DNA of 64,000 nt from the IMG/VR virus record IMGVR_UViG_3300027708_003081. One strand, written 5' to 3'. This document shows positions 9,623-17,294 of the stretch, piece after piece; within the stretch, counting starts at the first letter, position 1, and each line of letters starts with the position of its first letter. A program made the translations under genes and the position numbers. Origin of the DNA: a virus (lineage: Duplodnaviria > Heunggongvirae > Uroviricota > Caudoviricetes). Under the pieces are notes generated by a model. The model worked only from the letters and a program-made list of their open reading frames with translations. It did no database searches and was not told the origin of the DNA.

Positions 9623-10342
9623 ATGGAACAAAGTATATCAATTTTAACACCCGAAGATAAAAAATACCTTAGAAAAGTTTCAAGATATTTGCAATCATAT
9701 GGATTACAACGAGGAGATATTGAACTTCTTGAACTTGAAGATGGTTATGAAATTTATGAAATTTCTGATATTAGATTCGATAGAGTTACAAATTTTTCAA
9801 ATAATTATTCTGTTGAAGTACCTGAAGGATTAATACCAATTCTTGAGAAGATTATGGTTGCAGGACAAAAAAGACAAGATGATATAGATTTTCCCGATTA
9901 TGTTAATTATGGTAGAATTGAAATTGAAATTGATTGTGTAAGTAATGAAATTACGTTAATTCATTATATTACATATATTGAAGCAGGTAATGGAAGAAAT
10001 TTAGAATTCTCCGCAGAAAATGATGAAATTGGTATGGAGGTATTTAATTCAATTAGAGAATACTGTACTGAAGTTGAACCTATTATGGAATTAAAATATA
10101 ATGGTTCAGGTGATAGCGGTTATTTGGAAGATAGATTTGAAAATGGTGAACCAGTACCAGGTCCTGTTGAAAATTGGTGTGAAATACAATTATCAAGAAA
10201 TTTTGGAAGTTGGGGAGATAACGAAGGGTCTGAAGGTAATTTTATATTTAATATGGAAAATAACACGGCAGAATTAAATCATACGTGGAATGAACAAAAT
10301 AGTACAACAACAACACTATTTGAAGGGGAATTTGGAAAATAA
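9623..10342 (+). CDS. Protein with C-terminal DUF6878-like domain
   Basis: YNGSGDSG..W.DNEGSEG motif. Confidence 0.6.
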   Translation: MEQSISILTPEDKKYLRKVSRYLQSYGLQRGDIELLELEDGYEIYEISDIRFDRVTNFSNNYSVEVPEGLIPILEKIMVAGQKRQDDIDFPDYVNYGRIEIEIDCVSNEITLIHYITYIEAGNGRNLEFSAENDEIGMEVFNSIREYCTEVEPIMELKYNGSGDSGYLEDRFENGEPVPGPVENWCEIQLSRNFGSWGDNEGSEGNFIFNMENNTAELNHTWNEQNSTTTTLFEGEFGK

Positions 10343-10370
10343 AATAATTTGAAAAAAGATTAACCCGGAC

Positions 10371-10401
10371 TTTGGTAGTTCGGGTTTTTTATTTATATTT
10401 G
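10371..10401 (+). promoter_or_regulatory. Bacteroidota-type promoter TTTG-N19-TATATTTG overlapping a terminator hairpin
   Basis: Consensus match; hairpin AACCCGGAC..GTTCGGGTT at ~10362-10390. Confidence 0.6.
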
Positions 10402-10421
10402 TTTATTAACATTAAAACAAT

Positions 10422-10802
10422 ATGAAAAAAGTAACACTCATAGTAGTCAGTCTACTCCTAACTTTATTTAGTTATTCACAAGATTTTAATAGAGTTATTG
10501 TTGCCAGTAAAAGTGAATGGAATGGTACCGAATGGAAGGTAACATCATCAAGTAAACCCACAGATATGTTTGTAATTATGAAAGATTGGGACATTACAAT
10601 TGGAACATATAAGTTTAAAACTTATGATGACCCTGAAAAAACAACATATGAAAGTCACGTATGTTATACTTGGAAGTGTGTAAACGGAAATGGTGATAAA
10701 TGCGTTTTTATGATGAAAAAATTTAAACCCGAAGTATCAAGTCATATGTTATACTCAATTCTTTATGATACGGGTGTTATGTACGAATACGAATGTGAAT
10801 AA
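10422..10802 (+). CDS. Secreted/periplasmic protein with Sec signal peptide
   Basis: MKKVTLIVVSLLLTLFSYS|Q; mature Gln is typical of Bacteroidota. Confidence 0.75.
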   Translation: MKKVTLIVVSLLLTLFSYSQDFNRVIVASKSEWNGTEWKVTSSSKPTDMFVIMKDWDITIGTYKFKTYDDPEKTTYESHVCYTWKCVNGNGDKCVFMMKKFKPEVSSHMLYSILYDTGVMYEYECE

Positions 10803-10914
10803 ATAATAGGTTGATTGGGAAACCCGAAAGGGTGAGGAGGGGAGAAATCTCAAGTAAAGCCAATTGTAAAAACAGATGTCCACTCGCCCATCTTCTGTTT
10901 TCCTTAAAATATTT

Positions 10915-10945
10915 TTTGGTAATTAAAAAAAGTTTCGTATCTTTG
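10915..10945 (+). promoter_or_regulatory. Bacteroidota-type promoter TTTG-N19-TATCTTTG
   Basis: Consensus match 4 nt before ATG 10950. Confidence 0.65.
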
Positions 10946-10949
10946 TCCT

Positions 10950-11606
10950 ATGATAAAAATAGATACAAATACAAATGTTTGGGTGACAAGTGATTCTCAC
11001 TTCTCTCACAAAAATATATGTCGTGGTGTGACTAATTGGAGACTACCTAATGGTGAAATTCCTGTGGGACAAACAAGGGATTTTACAACTATTGAAAAGA
11101 TGAATACCGCAATTGTTAATAACATTAACGAAGTTGTGGGACAGGATGATATTCTTATTCACCTTGGGGATTGGAGTTTTGGTGGTTACGAACAAATCAG
11201 AGAATTTTGGGATAGATTAGTTTGTAAAAACATTCACCTTATACTTGGAAATCACGACCACCACATAGATAGAAATAGAGATGGTTCACAAGGATTGTTC
11301 CAAAGTGTTTCTCACTACAATACAGTTGAAATAGGAGATTATAAATTCCAATTGATGCACTATCCCATTTCGAGCTGGGATGGGTTAAATAAGGGTGTAA
11401 TGCACTTACACGGACACTGTCACCTTCCTACTAATAGAAGATTTGGTGTGGGTAAAAGAATGGATGTTGGAATGGACGGACATCCTGAGTTCAGACCTTA
11501 TAACTTAATAAGAGAAGTTGTTCCATTATTAAAGAAAAGACCGATTAAATCGGAAATTGGTGAAGACCACCACACAGATGATATTGTAAATAAAGATAAA
11601 GGATAA
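10950..11606 (+). CDS. Calcineurin-like metallophosphoesterase
   Basis: SDSHF, HLGDW, LGNHD, MHYP, LHGHCH. Confidence 0.9.
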   Translation: MIKIDTNTNVWVTSDSHFSHKNICRGVTNWRLPNGEIPVGQTRDFTTIEKMNTAIVNNINEVVGQDDILIHLGDWSFGGYEQIREFWDRLVCKNIHLILGNHDHHIDRNRDGSQGLFQSVSHYNTVEIGDYKFQLMHYPISSWDGLNKGVMHLHGHCHLPTNRRFGVGKRMDVGMDGHPEFRPYNLIREVVPLLKKRPIKSEIGEDHHTDDIVNKDKG

Positions 11607-11611
11607 AATAT

Positions 11612-11821
11612 ATGAAAAATAAAGTTTGGATTAAAACAGAGATTACAACACACACAGAACAAGATATAAGGATTCAGCCAACACCTGAATTTGATGGAAT
11701 TACGTTGGAGTTTAAAGATGTTGATGATGCGGATTATAAAACTAGATTGTATTTGAACACAGAAAGTTTGGAGGCGTTAATAGCCAAATTGAGAGAGACA
11801 ATGGATTACGTTAAACAATAA
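11612..11821 (+). CDS. Hypothetical protein
   Basis: 69-aa ORF within operon. Confidence 0.65.
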   Translation: MKNKVWIKTEITTHTEQDIRIQPTPEFDGITLEFKDVDDADYKTRLYLNTESLEALIAKLRETMDYVKQ

Positions 11822-11824
11822 ATT

Positions 11825-12208
11825 ATGAAAGAATTAATACTATTAAGAGGATTACCCGGAAGTGGTAAATCAACATTAGCAAAAACATTAGGTGGACCAG
11901 TATTTGAAGCCGACAATTTTTTTATGTTTGAGGGTGAATACAAGTTTAATCCGTCATTATTAAGTAATGCCCATAGTCATTGTCAAAACCAAACACAAAT
12001 TGCGATGTTGGATGAACACGAAAAAATAATTGTTTCCAATACATTCACTCAAGAGTGGGAGATGAAATCGTACTATGAATTAGCCAAAAAATACGGGTAT
12101 AGAGTTCATTCTATCATAGTGGAGAATAGACACGGAGGAGTAAACGAACACGGAGTTCCTGAAGATAAGTTAGTATTTATGAAAAATAGATTTGAAGTTA
12201 AATTGTAA
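11825..12208 (+). CDS. P-loop (AAA_33 / N4BP2-like) putative polynucleotide kinase
   Basis: LLRGLPGSGKST, IVSNT, HGVP. Confidence 0.85.
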   Translation: MKELILLRGLPGSGKSTLAKTLGGPVFEADNFFMFEGEYKFNPSLLSNAHSHCQNQTQIAMLDEHEKIIVSNTFTQEWEMKSYYELAKKYGYRVHSIIVENRHGGVNEHGVPEDKLVFMKNRFEVKL

Positions 12209-12215
12209 ATAAAAT

Positions 12216-12288
12216 GCGTGCGTAGTTCAATTGGTAGAACATCGGTCTCCAAAACCGAAGATGGTAGGTTCGAGTCCTCACGTGCGTG
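12216..12288 (+). tRNA. tRNA-Trp (CCA)
   Basis: Cloverleaf; anticodon arm TCGGT-CTCCAAA-ACCGA; GTTCGAG T-loop; imperfect T-stem; no encoded CCA end. Confidence 0.85.
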
Positions 12289-12294
12289 CAGAAT

Positions 12295-12366
12295 GCCGCG
12301 GTGGTCAAGGGGTTAAGACGCTTCCCTTTCACGGAAGAGTCACGGGTTCAATTCCCGTCCGGGGTA
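12295..12366 (+). tRNA. tRNA-Glu (TTC)
   Basis: Anticodon arm CTTCC-CTTTCAC-GGAAG; T arm ACGGG-TTCAATT-CCCGT; one G-G mismatch in acceptor stem. Confidence 0.9.
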
Positions 12367-12374
12367 CAATTTTT

Positions 12375-12515
12375 TAGTTGGGCAGTGGGAGGTTCCCTCA
12401 TAGCAATCATCGGTGCTTTAGGTATGGAAGAGGCCGAATAGATACATCCGATAGAGTATCAAATAAGGTTGATTCCTGATTCAAATCCTAACAGGTTCGA
12501 TTCCTGTACCAACTA
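12375..12515 (+). ncRNA. ~140-nt tRNA-like structured RNA of unknown family
   Basis: TAGTTGG/CCAACTA acceptor-like stem with perfect T-arm ACAGG-TTCGATT-CCTGT; non-tRNA multibranch core. Confidence 0.7.
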
Positions 12516-12523
12516 AACAATTA

Positions 12524-12658
12524 AACCGAGTAGAAATGCGTAGATGAGTTATCTGGGAGAACAGAGACGCAAGGGTACACACTTAGTAATTCTCTTATGG
12601 TGTGTGAAGTGGTTAAACGTGAGCCGACGGGATACCTGATAAAACTTATCACTCGGTT
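12524..12658 (+). ncRNA. ~135-nt multibranch structured RNA of unknown family
   Basis: Closing stem AACCGAGT/ACTCGGTT; inner stems TGCGT/ACGCA, CACAC/GTGTG, GATAA/TTATC; GC-richer than flanks; followed by terminator. Confidence 0.6.
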
Positions 12659-12660
12659 AT

Positions 12661-12697
12661 AAAAAAAGGTCAGATTAATCTGACCTTTTTCTTTTTT
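12661..12697. terminator. Bidirectional intrinsic terminator
   Basis: AAAAAAAGGTCAGA-ttaa-TCTGACCTTTTT. Confidence 0.85.
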
Positions 12698-12711
12698 AGA
12701 ACTATTAAAAC

Positions 12712-12882
12712 TTAAGCAGTTTTCTTTGATAAGATTGACCAAATTGAGCCAACCAATGTCATTACACCACCGATAATATCAACAGATACTGATTCAGTGA
12801 TGAGTCCTTTAGCGATTAGAAGACCACCAGCAAATGTTAGTGCGTGTCTAATCAAACCTAAAACTTGTTCTTTTACAATCAT
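12712..12882 (-). CDS. Putative small 2-TM holin-like protein (56 aa)
   Basis: Manual translation MIVKEQVLGLIRHALTFAGGLLIAKGLITESVSVDIIGGVMTLVGSIWSILSKKTA; TATTTAT upstream. Confidence 0.65.
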   Translation of the reverse strand: MIVKEQVLGLIRHALTFAGGLLIAKGLITESVSVDIIGGVMTLVGSIWSILSKKTA

Positions 12883-13008
12883 TTTTAAAAAATTTTAAAA
12901 GTTTATTTATTAATAAATATCTTTTTTTTAAAAAAAATTCCAAATCATTTGACACTTGTCCAATATTTGTGTATATTTATGTACAGAAATAAATTAAAAA
13001 ACACAATT

Positions 13009-13197
13009 ATGAAAAAAGTAATCGCAATTCTTTCTATCGTAGCATTAGCATCTTGCGGCGGTGGACAATCAACTGAGACCCCAACTACAGACTCAACTAA
13101 AGTATGTATGGACTCTACTTCTTGTGACTCAACTAAAGTTGTTGTAGATACTACAACTACTCCTGTTGATACCACAAAAGCTGTAGAAATGAAATAA
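13009..13197 (+). CDS. Small Thr/Asp-rich lipoprotein
   Basis: MKKVIAILSIVALAS-C lipobox; repeated DST/DTT; terminator at ~13218-13244. Confidence 0.8.
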   Translation: MKKVIAILSIVALASCGGGQSTETPTTDSTKVCMDSTSCDSTKVVVDTTTTPVDTTKAVEMK

Positions 13198-13242
13198 TTT
13201 TTCTACCGAAAAAGAAGAACCCACCTTTTTAGGTGGGTTTTT

Positions 13243-14472
13243 TTATTTAAGTAATTTTTTTATTCTTTCTATATTCTCGTTAATTTTTTCATCTTCTTTA
13301 TCCACCTCTTTTTCTTTATATGTGGGACTCATTTTTGTTAACCAATTAGGTGTTGGTTGTTCTTTGTCAGTTGCTCTTGCCCATCTTTTTTCAATCCTTT
13401 CACCTGTTTTTTTATCGTATTTGTCTTTAAATGGATTTAATAACTTGAAAGGCGCTTGTATTAATGCAGCCATTAATGGGTCTTTGTATGTTTTAGATTT
13501 TTTATATTCTTTTTCTTTATCGTCATCTTTGTCTTTATCATCGTCTGTATCTACGTTAAGATATTTTGTTATTGATACCTTATCATAAGTAGAGTTGTAA
13601 AGTGAAATAATAACATCATCATTTGTTTCACCTATTATTTTTCCTTTACGTACTTTTTCACCATCAGAAACGTAAGGTTTGGTTATATTGCAAAATTCTA
13701 AATAATATTTTTTCTCTTTAATAAGATGTTGAATTACAATTTTATTAACACAAGACGTACTAGAATCTTTTTTATTATTTACAATACCATCGACAGGACT
13801 TTTAATTTGTGAATTACTATTTTTTGGTAATTTAATTGTGCCCGAACTTAAAACTTTATCTTTACCGAATTCTGAATATATTTTTTCTTCTTTTAAACCA
13901 AATGAAGCACCTATAGATTTTATAAAATTTCTTTCTATATCATCTGTAGGAGTACTTCCTGATTGTGATGTTGCAAAGTCTTTTGAAGGTGAGAGAGGTT
14001 CTGAAATTGGGGTATCTTGTTTTTCTGTTGGGGTACCTGTTGTATTTGAAACGTGAACGTGATTATCGTGACCGGGAAATCCAAAAGTTAATACTGCTTT
14101 AGGGTTACCAGATTCTCTATTTTTAGTATAACCCATTTTTATCAATTCACCTACAAGTTTGTCGGCGTCTCCTCTATTTGAGTTACTAACTGCTTTACCA
14201 TTAATTATTGCAATATCAACCGCATTACCTGTTGTATGTCTTGATTTACCTGTTTTGTGTCCTGAAACTGCTGTCGTGACATCAACCTTTACATTAGCTC
14301 TTTCAGCTGCAGTTTGAACATCCTTTAAAAGTGCGACATTAATATTATCTTTAGATGGTGTACTACTACCTACGACTCTATCTTTAAAATCAACATTTGC
14401 GTATACATCATCCGCCTCTGAAATATTCATAAGTGTTTTTAACCTAGTAATATTTTCATTTAATTTTTTCAT
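13243..14472 (-). CDS. Putative virion-associated peptidoglycan peptidase: M15-like Zn domain plus degenerate M23-like domain
   Basis: SRHTTGNAVD (H-x6-D) and HDNHVH; second domain IKSPVDG..VSDGEKVRKGKIIG lacks M23 His ligands. Confidence 0.7.
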   Translation of the reverse strand: MKKLNENITRLKTLMNISEADDVYANVDFKDRVVGSSTPSKDNINVALLKDVQTAAERANVKVDVTTAVSGHKTGKSRHTTGNAVDIAIINGKAVSNSNRGDADKLVGELIKMGYTKNRESGNPKAVLTFGFPGHDNHVHVSNTTGTPTEKQDTPISEPLSPSKDFATSQSGSTPTDDIERNFIKSIGASFGLKEEKIYSEFGKDKVLSSGTIKLPKNSNSQIKSPVDGIVNNKKDSSTSCVNKIVIQHLIKEKKYYLEFCNITKPYVSDGEKVRKGKIIGETNDDVIISLYNSTYDKVSITKYLNVDTDDDKDKDDDKEKEYKKSKTYKDPLMAALIQAPFKLLNPFKDKYDKKTGERIEKRWARATDKEQPTPNWLTKMSPTYKEKEVDKEDEKINENIERIKKLLK

Positions 14473-14484
14473 ACTAATAAATAC

Positions 14485-14676
14485 TTAAATTTCAGGAAAA
14501 TTCCTGTTGTTAAGTTCTTTAATTGATAATGTGTTATTTTTCCATTCTTTCCAAGTATCAAAGACTTTAAGTTCTTCTAATGCGCCTTCAGTAATCAATA
14601 TAAATCCATCAGGGGCGATGCCATCATACTTTTTCATCGGGCCTCCTTCTTCTAAAATTTTTTTAATATCTATCAT
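14485..14676 (-). CDS. Hypothetical protein
   Basis: 63-aa ORF. Confidence 0.6.
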   Translation of the reverse strand: MIDIKKILEEGGPMKKYDGIAPDGFILITEGALEELKVFDTWKEWKNNTLSIKELNNRNFPEI

Positions 14677-14748
14677 ATTCTAATATTTATTTAAATATAA
14701 TAAAATTTAGTCATTAAGACATAAATTTAAAATTTAACCCTATGGCTG

Positions 14749-14973
14749 ATGCAGATAAACAGAAAAACTTGGAGAGCCACGTTTCAAGACAATCTCTCCC
14801 AAATATTTTTAATGTTGGCATTATTTTTCAATCCTTTTGGGTTCGATGCCGTTCAGTATTCTCTGATGTTATGGACAGGAAGTTTATGGAAAGCCAACTT
14901 CGTTATGTATTGTATTGCGGGAGTATTCTTTGGATTATATATCTACTTTCGCAGGCTTTCTAAGAAAAACTAA
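14749..14973 (+). CDS. Small membrane protein (2-3 TM)
   Basis: IFLMLALFFNPFGFD, FVMYCIAGVFFGLYIYF then basic tail; overlaps ORF 14742-14963. Confidence 0.55.
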   Translation: MQINRKTWRATFQDNLSQIFLMLALFFNPFGFDAVQYSLMLWTGSLWKANFVMYCIAGVFFGLYIYFRRLSKKN

Positions 14974-15302
14974 TATAGAATATCTACAAACTTATTTTCA
15001 TAAGAAAATTTCTTACCTGGCATTATTTTGGGTAATTCAATGTATGCCCAATCAGTTAAAAAATCATATAATTGGTATACATCCATACCAAGAGCTTCCA
15101 TCATAGTTTGATATAATGCGGGATATATTCTTATTTCTTCTTCATCAACAAGAACCATCGCACCATCATACTTATCATTTTTTGTAATATCAAAAAAACC
15201 CTGATGATATTCCCAACTACGAAATCTTCCACGCCCCAATTCTTTATTAAGTAAATTGAAAACTAATTTTTTAAATCTTTCGTTTGAGAGTTTATATTTC
15301 AT
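14970..15302 (-). CDS. Hypothetical protein
   Basis: 110-aa ORF directly downstream of 15304-16767. Confidence 0.65.
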   Translation of the reverse strand: MKYKLSNERFKKLVFNLLNKELGRGRFRSWEYHQGFFDITKNDKYDGAMVLVDEEEIRIYPALYQTMMEALGMDVYQLYDFLTDWAYIELPKIMPGKKFSYENKFVDILY

Positions 15303-15303
15303 A

Positions 15304-16767
15304 TTAAAGCGGGACTAAATTACCTTCTTTGAAATCATCAAAGTTAGGGCCTTTTGTTAAAATATTTTTTTTATTTTTTCTTTCGTAATTTAATATTCCG
15401 GCGTTTCTTGCAGATGCGAAAAACGCACTAAAATATCCTTTTGGTTGTATATGACCTCTTTTTCCAATATATTTTTTTGTTCCGTCAGGGTTGACTAAAA
15501 TTCTAACAACTTTTGCGTCTTCCAAGAAATCTATTGCATTTCCTTCTTTTCCACTATCTATATAATCAACTAATTTATTGATTAAACCACCCTTTCTTTC
15601 AAAGGTAAATCCATAACTACTTCTATTTGGACTCCAACTTTTTTTACCACCTAAAACAAATTTTTGTAAGTTTTTATCATATTCAAGCCTTCTCCAAATT
15701 TGAGAATTCAATATATTACAAACTTGTTTAAATGGGGGAATAGTGCTTTGCGTTAGGTTTAATCCAAAATTGGCATCCATATGCCACAAAGTAGTAAGTT
15801 CGGCAGGCGGTTCAAAGTTATCATCGGGTTCATAACCAACATCAAAAGAATATGAATCATTTCCAGGTAGTTTATTATAAGAAATTTTTAAAGTTCCCTG
15901 TTCAATTATCTGTTCATTATCTTCCCAACCTAAATAAACAATTAAATCCATTTCCGCAAATCCTGCACCTTCATTAGATATTTGAGGATTTTTAAATTCA
16001 AGTGTTAATGGTTTTTTTGAATTAAAGAGGTCATAGGTGGCAACTACGTGGTCGTGATTTTTTGGATTAAAAAGTTCTTTAATTATTTTGTTTTTGTTCT
16101 CATTAAAATCATCATCAATTGCCTTTGTTGCTTTTTTTCCTAATCCCACTTTTAATACATCAACTTCTCTTGGAGGCATCGGTGTATCTTTTGCATCATA
16201 CCAAGTATCTTGATTATTATCTCTATGTAATGCGATTTTATAAAACTTATTGCTAATATCAAACTCTTTCATTATTATATAATAAAGTCCCTGATTACCT
16301 GATGTATGTTTGTCGTAATATCCTGGTGAAGTTTCTGTTGTGCACCATTTGGTTCCGGCACCATATTTACAAGACGCTTTATGAGATAAAGGTTTCACAA
16401 TAAGAACTCTACCATCCTCATATATTTTTTTTGCGTCAGAGTCAATCTTTTTTTCTTGAGATTTTGAACTATAAGATTGTATAACGCCCATTAGTTCTGC
16501 AACATCAGGATATTGATTGATGTCTTTTTTTTCTAAATTCTTACCTATCCTATCAAAGTCTTTAACTAATTGTAAAACTTCTAATGCGTGTGTGGTGGAA
16601 GCAAAATCTAAATGATTAAAAATCCAATCAACATATTTGTAATTTGTTGCTTTTGTAAATTCATCATTTAAAATCGCATCTAAGGTTTGCATATCATACT
16701 CACCCATATACTTTTTAAGTAATGTTTCTCTTCTACCTTCAGATAGGACAAATTCAGAAAATTTCAT
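15304..16767 (-). CDS. Conserved large-phage hypothetical protein (GTKWC motif, possibly PcfJ-related)
   Basis: KDINQY, KIYEDGRVLIVKPLSHKASCKYGAGTKWCTT; VLSE leader. Confidence 0.7.
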   Translation of the reverse strand: MKFSEFVLSEGRRETLLKKYMGEYDMQTLDAILNDEFTKATNYKYVDWIFNHLDFASTTHALEVLQLVKDFDRIGKNLEKKDINQYPDVAELMGVIQSYSSKSQEKKIDSDAKKIYEDGRVLIVKPLSHKASCKYGAGTKWCTTETSPGYYDKHTSGNQGLYYIIMKEFDISNKFYKIALHRDNNQDTWYDAKDTPMPPREVDVLKVGLGKKATKAIDDDFNENKNKIIKELFNPKNHDHVVATYDLFNSKKPLTLEFKNPQISNEGAGFAEMDLIVYLGWEDNEQIIEQGTLKISYNKLPGNDSYSFDVGYEPDDNFEPPAELTTLWHMDANFGLNLTQSTIPPFKQVCNILNSQIWRRLEYDKNLQKFVLGGKKSWSPNRSSYGFTFERKGGLINKLVDYIDSGKEGNAIDFLEDAKVVRILVNPDGTKKYIGKRGHIQPKGYFSAFFASARNAGILNYERKNKKNILTKGPNFDDFKEGNLVPL

Positions 16768-16789
16768 AATGATAAATATACTATAAATT

Positions 16790-16817
16790 AAAAAACCCTC
16801 CTTTATGGGGAGGGTTA
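16790..16817 (-). terminator. Intrinsic terminator after tmRNA
   Basis: AACCCTCC..GGAGGGTT stem with T run on minus strand. Confidence 0.75.
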
Positions 16818-16820
16818 ATT

Positions 16821-17214
16821 TGGTGGAGGTGTCGGCGTCGAAGCCGAGTCTTGTTCGCCATAAAATCAGATGACTACACGTTTAGTACAACATTAATTCT
16901 CAACGTTACGAAATATCAGGTTTGATGTATGTGAGAAACCTACCTGCAAACAACTTGGTCTCAGAATTATTTTAAACGAGCTCTGACCTGTGACCCGTAC
17001 AACGGACTTCTGTTGCAAGGTGTATGTCCTAACCGACCCCAATGTCGTACTCTACTAATTAAGCAGCTACAACGCTTTCTTCTCTGATAAGACCAAGAGT
17101 AGAAAGTTTAGAAATGGTTTTGCCATTTACGTTTTAAATCAGTTTTTAAGGAGTTAATTCAGCTCCTACGTGCCATCTAACCCTATAAACGCCAATCAAT
17201 TCCATTTCACCCCC
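16821..17214 (-). ncRNA. ssrA: tmRNA; predicted tag (A)GKTISKLSTLGLIREESVVAA
   Basis: 5' GGGGGTGAAATGGAATTGA; 3' T-arm then CACCTCC-ACCA with G3:U alanine determinant; internal frame ends GCT GCT TAA. Confidence 0.95.
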
Positions 17215-17294
17215 ATAATTTCAAATAACTTTTGTAAAGGTAAGAATAAATATTCAATATTCAAAACAAAAGAATATTTATTAATAAAATTTCT

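Noticed and set aside
10811-10993. 60-aa TTG-start ORF
   Set aside because: Crosses a structured RNA and a promoter and overlaps the phosphoesterase out of frame
12367-12515. Theta/HDV-like ribozyme or tRNA-Sec after tRNA-Glu
   Set aside because: Not directly abutting the tRNA 3' end, no HDV pseudoknot pattern found, and the TTCAAA segment is not in a proper anticodon arm
12521-12742. 73-aa minus-strand ORF
   Set aside because: Antisense to the structured RNA and terminator and overlaps the holin-like ORF; no protein features
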